Shown here: positions 34,560-49,800 of the stretch, in pieces | Position numbering within the stretch: position 1 is the stretch's first letter | How the letters are laid out: every line of letters starts with the position of its first letter | NCBI RefSeq assembly: GCF_036321535.1 | Contig: NC_087436.1 | Coordinates: 70,186,001 to 70,250,000, forward strand | Source of the DNA: Camelus dromedarius | Lineage: Eukaryota | Length of the DNA stretch: 64,000 nt | Direction of reading: 5' to 3' | The notes under the pieces: generated by a model | Database searches by the model: none | What the model saw: the letters and a program-made list of their open reading frames with translations, nothing else | Told to the model about the DNA's origin: nothing | Program-made: the position numbers and the translations under genes

Positions 34560-36985
34560 ACTTCAATTTCATTATAGGTATCTGAATGGCCAAAAAGCTT
34601 ATGAAAATATGCTCAACATCACTGATTATCAGGGAGAGCAAATTAAGACCACAATGAAATACCACTACACACAGAATGGCTAAAGTTACAGGCTGAAAAC
34701 ATCAAATGGTGAGGATGCGGACCAACGGGAACTTTCATATTGTTTGTGGGTGTGTAAAACAGGATGACCGCTTTGGAAAAGGGTATATCAATTTCTAGTA
34801 AAATCAAAAATTTATCAACCTTGCAACTCAGGATATTCTACTAAGTCCTTACCCAAAAGAAGTTAAAACACAGGTTCACAAGAAGCCTTGCACAAGATAT
34901 TCACAGCAACTTTATTCATAATAGCCAAAACCTGGAAACAGCCCAGCATTCATTAGCTGTTCACCCAACAAGTTAAAGGTTAAACCGAGGCATATTCATA
35001 CAATAGGATACCACACAGCAGTGAAAGGGAACTGTGAGCTGAAACACATCGATGAATTTTAACACATGCTGAGTGGGAGAAATTTACACAAGAATACATA
35101 AAGTATGACTCCATTGATATTAAGTTCTAGAATAGGCCAAACTAATCTATGGTGAAAACAAAATCCTAACAAGGCAAGGGGTGGAAAAGGGGCAGGTATT
35201 GACTAAAGAAATTTTCTGTGATGGAAATGTTCCACAGCTTGTAAGGGGTTTGGATTAGAGTTTTATGTCAAAATTCATCAAACGGTACACAACAGTTGTT
35301 TACTTAACTATGAATTTTACCTCAAGAAAAAGAAGTCTACTTAATATGGATGACAAGAAACTTAAAGAGTCAAATATAGATATCTACAACTTTGACACAT
35401 ACAGAGAAAAAAGATGGATGGATGCACAGACACATGATGAAACAAATATGGCAAAATGTTACTTGTAGAATTGAAGTGGCAAGTATAGGCATGTTTGTAA
35501 CTTAACTCTTTCAAATGCTTGAAATTTTTTATTAAACTATATCGCAGGGAAAAAAGACATAATAATGATTGAAATGTGTGTGCACTACTGTTTAGATCCT
35601 GACTCAAATAAACTTTTTAAAAAATGACATCAGATAGATACTGGGTAAGAAACTATTATTTTCAGGAATGATGGTATTTTTTAAAGTCCTTTTTAAAAAG
35701 AGATGCACACTGAAATATATCCAGATAAATAACATTGTCTTGAATTTGCTTTAAAATTAATGAGGATAAGATGAGGAGGGGACTATAAGAGACAAAGAAA
35801 AATGGGGAGAGGATATGAAGACAAATTTATAAAAAAGAAAATCCAAAAGCTCTTAAACATGAAGAAATCCTACATCATAAGAGAATGCCATTGTGTGTGG
35901 GTGTGTTTTTAACCTGTCAGATTGGCAAAGAACAGACTGCTAGTATACTGTGTCAGGGAGGCTATGGAGAAATGGGCACTTGCACTGCTGGTGCAAACTA
36001 AGAAAAAAACCAATTAGAGATATAAATTTAATTTTAGATCTAAATTACAAGTGCACATACTCTTGACCATGTATCCTACAGAGAAATTTACGCATGTACG
36101 AAATGACATAAATTTATACAAGGCAATTCATTTTGGCATTATAATAGCAAAAGATTAGAAACAATTTACATGTTCATCAGTAAGGACAGGTTAAATTACA
36201 TACACATCCGTACTGTACAATGATTTTTAAAAATGAGAAAGGATTTTATATTGATATAAAATATTCAGGATGTATTAAGTAGGGAAAAAAGGTACAGAAT
36301 AGTATGCATAGTATGCTATAATTTATATTTTAAAAATAAATGAAAATGTCTATTAATATTTGCTTATCTATGCAGTCACTGGAAGTTTACATTAAATGAA
36401 ACTGATGAGTGTTGCCTGAGATATGACTGAAGTACAGGATGGGAGGAAGACTGTCCACTGTATACCCTCTTCATATCTCTTGAATTTTATTTCTTTCAAA
36501 AAATAAAAACACAATTTTAAAAGTACCCCACTATTTATTTTCATATCATCAAAGTGTTAAGAACCAAATTAAACCTTCCTCTATCCTCTTCCTAAAATTC
36601 AGTAAGAAAACCACCCAATTGAAAAATTGACAAAATATCTGAACAAACGCCTACCAAAGACAGTATGATGTCAACACCTTACGTTATTATAGAACTGCAA
36701 ACTAAAACGAGCTATCCCTACACACCTAGTAGAAGAGCTAAAATTGAAAACACTGACACCACCAAATGCTGGCAAGATGAGCTGCTGCAGGAACTCTCAT
36801 TCATTGCTGGTGGAAATGCAAAACAGCACAGCCATCTTGGAAGGCAGTTTGGCAAGTTTCTTACAAAACTAAACATAGTCTTACCATATGATCCAGCAAT
36901 CACACTCCTTGGTATTTACCCAAATGAGCTGAAATCTTATGTATACACAAAAACCTACACACGAATGTTTATAGCAGCTTTATTC
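34560..36985 (+). mobile_element. Cluster of old LINE-1 (L1M) fragments between RUFY3 and GRSF1
   Basis: Repeated ORF2 C-terminal and 3'UTR motifs; ORF 36665-37147 (LPYDPAITLLGIYPNELK...TRMFIAALF) is an L1 ORF2p relic. Confidence 0.75.
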
Positions 36986-38704
36986 CCTTCGTACAAACTT
37001 CAGAGATTTATTTTCCAATCTGCTGAAGTCAGGCAGGAAAATGTATTCCTACTACATCGAGCAATTTTTCTTCAAAGCCCCTGTAATTTAGGCACTTTAC
37101 TGCTGAGATACACCATTCTACCCTATATTACAGGTCCTACCAATTGAATGTGAACCCTTTCACATAATTTGGGGGAAACTCAAACTAATTAAGTGTTTTA
37201 AATTATAAAATGAATAGGATGTAATGAAGAGAAAAATCTCCAAATGAGAATCTGCTAAGAGACTGTTTAAGGCAGAGGATGCCAACAGGGCATGTTAACT
37301 AGTAACAAGCAGGGTTATTGCCTCAAAATGTCACCGAGATGGAAGTGGCTTTCTCCTGCTTCTTTCTCGTCATACTGCAGAATTAGTGAGAAGGATTTAG
37401 AGCCTCTGCTCCACAGCGGATTCGGTCTCCCTGCCCACCTGGCAGAAGCCTCATTCACCCAGGAGTAGAGGGACATATACAAAATGCTTCCTCCTCTGGT
37501 TTCAGTGAGTTCATCAGCTCACAGTCCTCAGCATTTTCTCCTTGGTATCTGCATGCTACTTATCAGAGTTCTCCCTTGCAATTCTTTTGAGCGAGCAAAA
37601 GCAAGATATGGACAACCTGGCCACATCAAATCCCACTATTTTTGACAACTTTACCACCTAGGAGATTATAAAGACACAAAGGACCCAAACAGAAGAGCAA
37701 AAGTCACTGTCATTTTTTTTTCAGTAAAAAATGATGTTGCACAACCCAGTTTTGTCAAATTTCAAAAGAGAAGTATGTCTTTTGATTGGATAGACATAAA
37801 AGATTACTTCTATTCTATTATGTGCTTTTCTTCTCTTTCCAGTAACTACATTTGTCCTATCGGCAATTATCCATGTACCAGCCTAAATTATGAGCAATAA
37901 CTTACTAACGGCAGTATAGGAAAGCATATGAATTCAAGAGATGATTTCCCAAGAATGCCCACCTTCTGCACTGAGAAATCAGCCACTAGTGTGACAAGAA
38001 GATAACCCTTCCAGCTCACCCACCACGTAACATCTTAGTGCTGCTGCTCTCATTCTTTTCCCAGGGATATGCAAATGAAACTCATCAGCTTTAAAATAAA
38101 GTAATTGCAAATGAATGAATTCCTCACCAACCACAATCCCAACAGACCCTACAGATTTTTTCCGCAGCAAATCAGATACCTACTGCTAAAAGGAGAGAAA
38201 AAGATCACATTCTAATTGGTCATACAGCTACAGACACCAGTTCTCAGAGCTCACTCAGTATACTCAACTACACATGAAAATACATTTCTCTCCAGGTAGT
38301 AATACAGAAGCTGGCTGATTAAGTCACGTTCTTTCAGGACGATGGAAACAAACACAACAGAAAATTAATCATTTCTTCTTACAATATACCAGGACTTGAT
38401 GTAAAAATATATTAGGTTGATTCACACACTCCAAAATAAATACTCTTAGGTAATCTTCAGCCTGAAACAAGCCTTCATTTATTGACTACTTACAGTACAG
38501 TGATTTCGTATCTTAGCTGGTAATCAAAGACGGTTATGTATTAAGTGAGAGAAGACATAATCTCTCTTCCAGATATCACCTCTCAGAAATCGGGGCTAAT
38601 TCAATTTTAAGGACTAGATCTGCATCTCCTGGTAACCACGTGGCAGTCGTCACCCTGAGAACAGGAACAAGGCAGAGAAAGTATACAGGACTTTGATTCT
38701 CCTA

Positions 38705-39826
38705 CAGGTGAACATAAAATTAGTTTATTAAGGACTACATTTTGAAGCCAGCTATTTTGATCCAATGTTTAAATAACAAGCTGTTTAATATTAAAGCAGA
38801 ACGTACTGCCACAATGTGACAGAAATACAGCTTTATCCATAAACCCTTCACACAATTATACATTAAATGCTATTTTTATTTAAGCAAGGCACCCCTACTT
38901 GTTCTAAAATATGGGATGTGCTACCCCACTGAAAAAAGCAAATGAGGAGACTTAGATTCCATCCTATCTAGAGCTGGTTTAAATTCAAGTGAAGCCATCA
39001 ATGTCCTTACCAGTCAGGACTGTCATGACATGTCACTTCACAGTTTTGACACTAACACACACTTCAAGGTTTACTGAAAACCAAAGAAAGACAGGGCTGG
39101 GGGCGGGGGTGTTCAGACAACTTTTGACACTACAATTCCCTCTTTAATTATACAGACACCAATGTTAAATGCCTGTAGCACAGGGTTTAGAAAGGCAAAA
39201 CATTTCCAGAGACATCAAACTGACAAACTGTTGTCATTTACACTAACCAGTGGTATTTTTTGTTTTGATTCCTTTTTTAAAAGTCTTACCACTATCAAAG
39301 TAATTAAATACACCTAAAATTAAAACTACTCTGCCAAATGATAATGGTTCAAAGGTCTGAAACCTTTCCTTGCTTTGGTGAGTATTCGGTTAAAAGAAAT
39401 CAGTACTTTATTCCATGAGAAGTTTTACATCAAAGCTCTTAATTCACAGGCAAAAAAAGAAAACCTCAAACAGATTATTTTTAAAATGGGAGATTTTAAA
39501 GGAAGAGTGCTGAATAAAAATATGTAGTCTTTACACTGGGTCACATATCCTCTGTGAAAACAAACTGTTTAATCATAGAAAATAACGGTCAGATTCTTTA
39601 ATCAGATCCTGGACAGTTTAAACAAAAAACTAAATTCGTAGTTTATTTCATAATCCCCAACTGAATCTTTCCTTTTTCTTGCTAAACAGTCCATTATGGA
39701 TTTTTTCTTATAAGCAATTCACCCCAAACCCCCAAATCATTCCTCTAGCAGTTACTGCTAAAAAAACTGGAACTTTATATCCCATGTCCAAGAAAGGTGT
39801 GCAAATGAAATGCTTCTTGCTTCATC
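38705..39826 (-). other. GRSF1: GRSF1 non-coding terminal exon (3'UTR; 3' end approximate)
   Basis: Acceptor tttttttttccag| at 39826; AATAAA on the - strand at 38880-38875 and 38729-38724. Confidence 0.75.
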
Positions 39827-40825
39827 CTGGAAAAAAAAAGTGGTGTACACTTACTCAAAATGAAAAATGCTACACATGTTCCCGTATCATTTAAAATTGT
39901 AAATTCTTTTTTTTCTTTCTGATTTAGTGCAAGTTTTCCGACAAATCAACTAAGTTAAGGTGAAGAAAATTAGCTGGGCGTTAGCGCTTACAGCCTGGCA
40001 TGAAGACAGTAGATTTTCAGAGTTGAGCACAGAATATATTTCATATAGATTTTAACTAATGAAAATATTTAACATCACAAGACTGTGGGACTTTATATCC
40101 AAAAACAGTCTATGACAACGATGGTAAAGAAATGTCCCATGTGTTTTTAAGGAATCATTACAGTAAAGTGCCTCAAAGGAATGTACCACTACATGTAGAA
40201 AAACGATTACAATACAATATATGAAAAGATTTTAGGGGGAAAAAAGACACCACATAGCACTGAGTAAGGGAAGGAACATCAAGACATACATAGTTGATTT
40301 ACCACAGAGAAGTTAACTGTATGAAATCTAAGGATTTCCCAGGACTGCCATTTTGATAACACCATTTTAGGAAAAGACACAGCGGTACATTCAGTGTATA
40401 GATGCATGATACACCCCGGTTTCAAATGTATCACTTTTAACATCTTAAAAATATCTTAGAACTGAGTAAATGTATTTAAATTTTATAGGAAGACAAGTTA
40501 ATGTGAGGCACACCTTCAGTGCACTGTGATATATAGCTACCAGAGGTACTATCTGGGCACAGCATGATGAACATTGGGGATGATACAAACAGATTCTAAA
40601 GGGGAAAATACTCAAAGCCACTATATGACCATAATATAGTCTGTTTCCCAGGGGAGTTTCATTCCTTATACTGAAGCTTCAATTATCATGATTAGTTTGA
40701 TCTTTATTAAAAAGAAATGGTTTCAATCGTATTACGAGTGAGGAAATGACTAATTTATCAATTGAAAATAATTTCCACAATTGCACCTCTTAAATTTACC
40801 TTATTATCTGGAGTCTCTGGAATTC

Positions 40826-40875
40826 TTATTTTCCTTTTGGACACGAATTCAGGAACAATTCAATATACCTATGGT
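40826..40875 (-). CDS. GRSF1: GRSF1 exon 9 coding part ([16 protein letters not shown]); the exon continues to 40800
   Basis: tctcag| acceptor; TAA at 40828-40826; donor AAG|gtaaat at 40800/40799. Confidence 0.94.
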
Positions 40876-43800
40876 CTGAGAATGACAAAAAAAGATTCAT
40901 TTTTTAAAGTTGTAAGGGCAGAAATAATGGTGTAGTCATTTATTTTCCTCATAGTTCAGACAGTAACTCAAGCCCTTTGTCCCATCCTTTCCCTAGTAAA
41001 AAAAAAAAAAAAATTCTATCTAATTCTGGATGGATATATGCATGATAATTAATGAATAAATGCTTCTCACTATAATATAGTGGGGTGTTTTTTTTTCTGT
41101 CTTTTTTATATTTATTTAGTAGCATTAATGAAATACAATTATCCCAAGGGAAAAATTCTAGGCAAACTACAAAGCAGAGAAAGGCATTTGTAAACAGATA
41201 GACATCAAACATGACAACAGAAACCAAGGGCAGCACTTACGAACGTGGGACCGATCCTTGAGCATAGCTGCGACAGCATCCTCATGGGTGTCGAAGTGCA
41301 CGTCAGCTTCTCCAGTGGCCTTCCCACTGGAACTGTATTCCATGGTGATTCTAACAGGCTTCAGTGGAGCAAAAAACTGAACAACAAACCAAGGAAGCCA
41401 AGAGGAACATGATGTTACTGGGTCCGATTTCTACAAGTTTGCTGGCTCTGCATTTTTCTTTCAGACTTGGATTCATATATTTGATAAACTTATTTTCAGG
41501 AAATCTCTTTAAGCAACAATGTAGTTACACATCTACCACCTCCTTTTCTGATCTTCTTGGAACTCAAAGTTACATTTCAAATATCTGTTCACAGAGAACT
41601 TAAACTGTAAGTACAATACCATATATACAATTCTCAAACTTTTTTTTATACCAAGAAGGACCCTTTTTATTATTCCTCCCACACACATCCTTCCCTATTT
41701 CTAAAAACTATCCATCAAATACACTTCATTTCTTAATAATTCATTTTTATCATTTTTTTCAATCAGACATCCACCTGATAATCAGTTTTTTACCAGCACT
41801 ATCTAAAGAGAGCTACCACGCTGAGTAGTTATCACTCCAAACCAAAGCAACAGAATGTAATTCTTTAACAAGACCATGCAACTTTCATTTGGGTAAAGAT
41901 ATGATTCCTATTACGCTTTTTGAAATCATGAAGAAAACTGTGAGACCCCACTACTAACTGAATCAGGGCTCTGAGTATGGATCTACCTTAAGTAAATGTT
42001 CTCAAGTTTATGAAGTCAATAGGGGCTTCACTGTTCTATCTTTTCATTTCATACAGTATCTATCATGAAATAAAAATATTTTAAAAATTCCTTTTCTCAA
42101 AGATTAGGGAAGCCAGATGCAAGGAGGCTGTACGGTCTAATGAAAGCTCTAGGCATTTAGGAGTCCTGGATTTGTGTCTAGTATCTAACAGCTCTGTGAG
42201 AAATGCCCTGAGTCTCCTTTTCCTAAACTCAAAAATGAATGGGTTGAACTAACTTAGAGAAAAACCAAACTTTTTTACTTTGAATACTAAACCTACACCA
42301 TATTATTCTGCATCTATAAAATCCTCTTATCTATTATACATTTGATCCTAAAATGTAATAAAACCCACACTTCTTGGCTCAAGAAAGTAAGACAAGCCTC
42401 CACAACTATGGAGACGCCACCTTACTACCCAAAGCTACCACAGGGATGCTGTATTCTTCTTCTCCACCTTCCCTGATTTAATAGAAGTTCCACCTTAGAA
42501 CTTCTGTTCAAAGCTACTGAGACTGGGTATCTTACTACCACATACATTTATGATGTCCTGGGCATTGGCGTGGAAAGGCAATCCTCTCATGTGGACAAAA
42601 TGTAGTGAAGATGCAGCTCCAAAATCAACAGCCTCTGGAAGCTTTTCTGACGTCTCCTTGGGCAACTCTGAGAAGCAGAACAAGAAGCACCGTCCAGAAC
42701 ATTTCAGCTTCGAGAGTCACTAACGGGTTATAACTAGGCATGACCTGTACGTCCAAGTCCTTCATTCCTCTTGAAACAGTAAGGAAGAGGGCTTTAATTT
42801 TAAAAGCCAAAACAACCTAAAATTTCTGCCACTTAACAAATATCACCTGAACACTCGTAAGGCTTCAGTATTTCAAACCACTACCAGATTCCAAAAGACT
42901 GTATCTTTCTCTCACAACAGAGAGGAGAAATGATTATGAATGGAAAAACATAAAGGCAAAAGAAAAACCTTCTGGGTTATCATCACCAAAAAAAAAATTT
43001 AAAAAAATAAGTTGTAACAGACTAATCCTAGGGCACACACTTAAAAAGGATTTATCAACGTCAAAGATTCCAAATGTTGCTTTGGGATTAGGAATCAAAG
43101 GAATAATTAAATACAGAGGCAAACAAAACTCCTTAGTCAACATTCCTGCTCTCTATACACATTTTTTTCCCATCTTAAGTGTTGACATTTTACTTCTTTT
43201 TGTTATATATGTGCCACCCAGCCTTTGACATAGAATCTACGAAGATGATTATATTGGGGAAAAAAAAAAAAAAGCAAAAGCCTACGGCATAATAAAGCCC
43301 TTCTACATACACAGTTGGCCCTCCATATCTGTAAATGTGGAACCCATGGACAGGGAGGGCTACCTATGGGATTTGAGCATTCATGGATTTTGGTATCCAT
43401 GGTGGGTCCTGGAACCAACTCCCTGGGGATACTGAGAGGCAACTGTATTCAGAGTACATTCTACACTCAAAGACATATTAAATATTTAACTCAATTCCCT
43501 TGTCCTATAATCTCATAATTTCATACAACACTGTCATAAAAAATTAACTATCAAAACATGCAAAGCAGATCAATAAGAGGAATGTCCTTACCTACTTCCT
43601 TCTCACTTTCAAAACCTGTCATGGGTCGGGTATCCTCATTCACTTCATGCTCTTCAAAGACCATTTCTGGCTCAGTTATGTACTTAGCAGTAGGAGAAGA
43701 TGCCATTTTCTTTCCCTTATGAGATCCAACATGTGTTCGAACTTCATTTCTTCTGCTTGGAAATATCTCTATATATCTATGTCAAAGCAAAAGCAAACAG

Positions 43801-46800
43801 GCACAATGGTACAAAGTAACTTTACACTGAACTCTTTAGAACATGCATATACAATATTTCTAACACCTAACATACCCAGGTATCCAAAGAAAACTGGTGG
43901 GGCAAAAAGAATGGATATAGATGTTAGGCCATGAAGAAGTACTCTCAACGGAACAGGTCACTGGTTTAATCACCTCCATCCCCAAGATAACAGTTTTCTT
44001 CACATACATTTTACCTCTGCTTTCTACCCTGTTTTGCTTCATGAGGACGAATACGCAGAGGTTACTTGCGTGTATGAAAAGAATTAATTTGTAAGAAAGG
44101 TTTTTTTCCTAATAGTTAATTAATCTCTTGAAGCCTTACAATTCAATTCTGTGAAAATTAATCATAACTGTTTAAGATATTAAAAGTCACAGTGTATGAG
44201 GAGCCAGTTCAGGACTTCACTAAGAGGCTAATGAGAATTCATGATGTAAATGTCAATTCTGACTTACTGTTTGACTATGGAACTATTGATTAAATCCAGG
44301 CTTCTGGAACCAGTTTTCTTTTTCACAACACTGCTTTTCCAAATTTAGTTATTAAGCTTGAACTGTAAAAATCATTTTTATTTACAGATCTATAAACATT
44401 AGAGGGTATCATTTCTTAATTTATTGAAGACATCTGTACACTGCCTTAGTGTTCCCATATAAAAACATAATATTGATGTGTTCCAAGTTATAAGAAAATA
44501 TGAAGAGTACTGAAAGAAAATTAAAGGGAGGGTACTTTACATATACTTTCTTCATTTAAAAAAATTTCATAAAAAATAACTAAGTAACTAAAAATTTTAA
44601 TAAAGACCTCTGAACTAATTCCTTTAAGTAGATCCTGAAATGGCTTTTTTTAAACTTCAAAGGAGCCAGGTAAAAAGGCCAGAAAGCAGCAAAACAATGT
44701 ATTAAAATTTGACACTTCTAAGTACTCCTCGAAAATGAAAGTTAAAACACAAATGAACCGACCCATCACTACATGCATCCTAATGTGATGAGATATGCAG
44801 TATACAGTATTGCCCAGAGAGTATCCATATCAAAATGTTAACCTGAGTCAATTCAAGACTTTAGCTTTAACTTCCAGTTTTCAGGAAATAACAGATACAA
44901 AGGAACAAGTTAAACGACACCATGAGGAAGCAACAGGATAAATACAGAATGTGAGACACTATACAGGACAACTGGCCCAATTTCTTCAAAAGTCAATTGC
45001 GTTTAAAAAGTAGGAGGTAATAAAAAAAAAATAAAGGAAAAAGGGATTTGCTCTAATTTAAGAGACTAGAGGCATAACAATCAAACTCAATGTGTGGACC
45101 ATGTCTGGATTCTGGTGCCAAAAGAAAAGCAAATGGAAAAGATATTTTGGTATAAATGGGAAAGTGTGATTATGGACTGGTATTGGATAATGAATCATTG
45201 CTAATTTTGTTAAATGTCATAATATTGGGATCGTGTTAAAAAAGGGTTTTTAAAGATATATACTGAAAAACTGGTGCAGCAAATACAACAAATGTTAATA
45301 ATTTGTTAATCTAAGTGATAGGCATTTGACAGCTTATCATACTACTGTCTTCTTTTTCTGTGTTTAGATAATTTTACTGTTTTATTACAATGCATTCATC
45401 AAAATGACCCAATGTATGATTCTTCCACATCATTAGTATCTGCTTCACTTACCGGTTACCAATTTCTTCCCTGTGTTTCAACAGGGCTTGGTTAGCCATC
45501 TCTGGTTCTTCAAATTGCACATAGGCTTCTCCTGTTTTTCTTCTCCCTCTGTAATCCATGACAAAAGTAATGTCTACTATATTCAGTCCTAAGACATCCA
45601 AAAATTATTACAAATTAGTTCTGCTAACAAGGGCATCTTTATTCTTAGAATTAAAACATTCTTTCACATACTAAGAATTTTTTTTAATTTTACTAGTAAA
45701 ATTGTAGGACTATTTTGCCAGCCCCAAAGCTGAATACATACCTAAGGGGAAGAAAATTATTATGCAGCCAAAAGCTAATAACATCTACATATTCAAAAAT
45801 GTTTAGGGTCCAAGCTGTCCATCTAAAACACAATTCTTTGTTTTGCCATTAATTATATAGTAGGGGAAAGATTCAGACTATCACTACTGGTGCATATTTT
45901 ACAGCTAAGAATTAGATAATAATGCTTTTAAATCATATAAATTGCTATTGCCTTAGACAAATATAACCACTCTTATGAGAGGACATTTTCCTCAATACTA
46001 AAATGAACCCACATGAAATCATTTTTGAATCTGACATCTCCCAAAGATCAGTGTGAAAGGTCAAAACACTTACAAAATCTACAAACATTAAAAATCCAAC
46101 CGAAGAGTTCCCCCCCTAAAGCACCTAATATAACTGTATGCAGTTACCTAGGAAAAGGTTCACCTAAAAAAAAGAAGGAAACGAAGTGAGGGAAAAGATA
46201 TGAGGCCCCAAACAAGATATAACTGGGAAACACCTGCGAAGAAGTCTACGATGTCTTTCTCATTGCAACTATAAGGAAGTCCTCTCAAACGAACTACGCC
46301 ATCGTTTACCACAGGTGAAGATTTGACCTGCAGGCTCTTCATTAAGGCATCCACATCTTCATTGTTTATCTCATATACTAAGAAAAGGAGCACAAAAGGT
46401 ATGCAAAACTTACACAATAAAGAAAGAAGCCATTAAAAAAATAATCACAGTGGGTGGGTTATCCAAAAACTAGTATTTATTTTTAATCTTTATGTACTTC
46501 TCTGGAGAAGACAATAAATGACATTTATCAAGTATTACTTACTATGTGCCAGGTGTAACATCGCAACTTCTGAGGTAAATTTGGTCAACATCCTCCTCAT
46601 TTTATAGGTAAGAATCTGAAATTATCTCTGGGCTTCATTTTCACACCCTGGGAACGGCTGTATTCATAATATCTAACTACTTCACTCTTGTTAAGGATCA
46701 ACTGAAAGTGCCTTGGGAAGCACAGTCTACCGTAACAATCGCGAGGAGCTAGAACATGACTTCACGTACCTTCCACGTATCGCTGCCCCATGTACATGCG

Positions 46801-49800
46801 GTGTTTTTCTAAAGCTTTTTGCACATCCTGCTCTGACTCCATTTCAATTAAGGCATCACCCCTTCGTTTCCCATCTCTATTTAAGAGGAAATGTATTCCA
46901 TTCTCACCGTTGCGAATTCTGCAGTCTGAAAGTATGTGAGTGAAATGAATTAAAACTAGAAATCAATAGCTCAATTACACAAGTCACTAGAATTGCAATC
47001 TTCCAACAACAAAACAAAGCAGGCTCCGAAATGCCTGTCACCTTCCTCACACAAACTCCCATCAGTGAAGCGAGCAGAATGCTAATGAGGTGGTAGTTTC
47101 TAAAACGTTCCACGTGGAAGACATAAACAACCTTAGCACAAAATCTTAGGATCTCCTGACCATTAAATGACAAATTAGAATAAGCTTGATGCAAAATGTA
47201 ACATTTCCTTCCAAATACTTCTATAATCAGTTTTAAATCACTTAAGGTATTAAAAATATGGTTAGGTTTATGCATGTCATCTTCTCTTACAATCATAACC
47301 ACAAGATCTCTAATATATATCCTATAAGAATAATTTTACAACATAATTAGATTTTTTTCCTTTCCTATCATTATCAGGGAAACACATCCCCATACTGCAC
47401 ACCTCTTAAACTGGGAGCAAGATTTAAGTGGCTTTTAAAACACTTGATCCACACAATGCACATTAAGGTACTTAACATAATGCTATATCATTTCACATTT
47501 AAGGCAGCATCTTCAAAAAGCCTTTTAAGAGGGAAATTAAAAATCACAGTCAGATACAGAATCTTAAAATCCACAGATACATAAGCCTTCCAAACATGTT
47601 ATTGAGGGAACACTATCACTTGCTACTAAGTGATCTGCATATTAAATTTTTGTGTATTACATAAAAAGCTACTCAACCAATACTCTTATTTCTACCAATA
47701 GGTTTTCACTTTTTGATATGTACATATTAAAACTTCAGAGAAAACTGATTTTAAACCATGTAGCTTTAACATTAATTTTTTTGTTGTATTCAAGGTCTTT
47801 TAAACCTGGTATATATGACAAATGGTACACGTGGTGTCACTTGGCATGCATATGGAACCAGCCAGAGTGAGAATCCCCATCAGATAAGATGTCTACACCA
47901 AAGCCCAGCTTGGATTTTATGGGACTGCTTTTACTCAGATGAAATCAACATATTTAAAACATACATAAAACATACCTGAGAAAAAGCTAAGCACATCTTC
48001 CACAGTGCACGACCACGGTAACCCTTGAGCTCGAATGAGAAAGACATCATCTACCTCCTCTCCTAACTTGGATGGAGGCAACTCATACTCAGGGAGAGGT
48101 GGAAGGTCGTCCAAGTAGGTAGTTTTAGACTCCTTCCAAGAGAAATGAAGAAATGTAAAAATACTTTCATAACAACCTACTTAGAAAACGTTTATTTCCA
48201 CAAACTAACACTCAGATGTTACTCTTTGGGGACAGTTACTATTTCAGAGGCAGGAAGTAAAATTCACAAATCTCACTTATCCTGCTTTGGCTTAAATTGT
48301 ACATCCTAAAGCAACAAGTCGGTATATCCTAATGATTTGGCAAGACATAAATTTTATTCCAGGTTTGTTTTTAAATTCATCAGTCCCAAATTACACCTAA
48401 TAATAGTGTTTTAGTTAAGGCAGGACAGGAAGGGTCTCCTGGATTTGACAAATATGTGAGTATACGCCACAATTAGACCCTCATCTCAGAAAGCTTACCA
48501 TCTAGACTAAGACAAGCATACAAAATAAGGTGCTCTAAGTGCTATAATTAAGACACAAGATATTATAGAAATTCAAAACAGAGCACTAACAGAATTAAGA
48601 TATGAGATGAGCCTTAAAGGAAGGCTAGAATTCTGACAGTGATGTATGAAGGATAGGGCACTGCAGCTTGAGAAGTGAGGGGAAGAAGCAGAATGAACCA
48701 AAGCTCATTTGCAAAACAGCAATAATTCCATTTGGCCAAACTGTAGGGTACAATTAGGAGTCAAAGAAGATGAGCTGGCAAAAGGAACTGGTGGGTACCA
48801 TACAGCAGAGGGACTTGAGTGTTAAGCTCAATGTGTGTCCTTAACCTGGTAGGCCAAGGGGAGTTGACAAAAGACATCTTAGGAGTGTTGACAAGACAGA
48901 AGGATGCTTGGAAAGATTAACCTGCCAATTGTTATGTCAGACCAACTGAATGAGGGAAAGATCCTAAAAGGCAACGGCAGTAGTGTGAGGTAACAGGAGC
49001 CTGAGACATACCTACAGAACTCCTTTTTACAAGACTGGAATGTAATAAGATTCGGTCAAGCACCACAACCATAACCAGGAAAGACAACCCAGGTTTTAAG
49101 ACTTGCTAAGGAAACAGATTCCTTTGTACCATTCCACCATTTACACAAAGACTTATGTCTAATTTTAAGGAGTCAATGATAAATATAAATCTCTAGCAGA
49201 GGCCTAATGCATATTTAATAAGAATGCAACAAGTACTACAATTATCAAAATGGGAAGACAACTCAGGCTTTAAGTCAAGTGATTTAAATCCTGTTGGGCT
49301 AAACAGAGAGATACTTCATTCCCTTGTATGTTCCCATCACTGATAAGACTTACACATAATTTTATGAAATCAATAATAAATTTAAGCACAGTATATGACA
49401 CTAGCAGAAACTCAACAGATATCATACTTGTCAAATTCAAAGAATAATCAAGTAAAGGGAGTAGCCAGCTCACAAAGGCTTAATAGAGATAGTTTGTGTT
49501 TTTTCAATAAAAGTAACATTCCCTATATTCCCAGAATTCCATAAGCATCACAAGCTTTTACAGAAATGGGCAGCAGAAAGTGTTGGGCCGGGATTCAAAT
49601 CAATTAGCTCAGCCACTAGCAGGCAGCAGCCATGCTGATTAGCTTCCCAGTTTCCCTGAATTCAAGGAGAAGCATAAATTGAATTAAGATAAATATGACC
49701 CACGGCATCAGGAACAAGGCAATCAGAAAGTGTGCTGACATTTCCCAGATGCCACGTAACAAGCAAAGAAAGCTTCCTATGAGGCACAAAATACCTGCAA

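Noticed and set aside
36665..37147. 160-aa ORF
   Set aside because: Degenerate L1 ORF2p C-terminus, not a host gene
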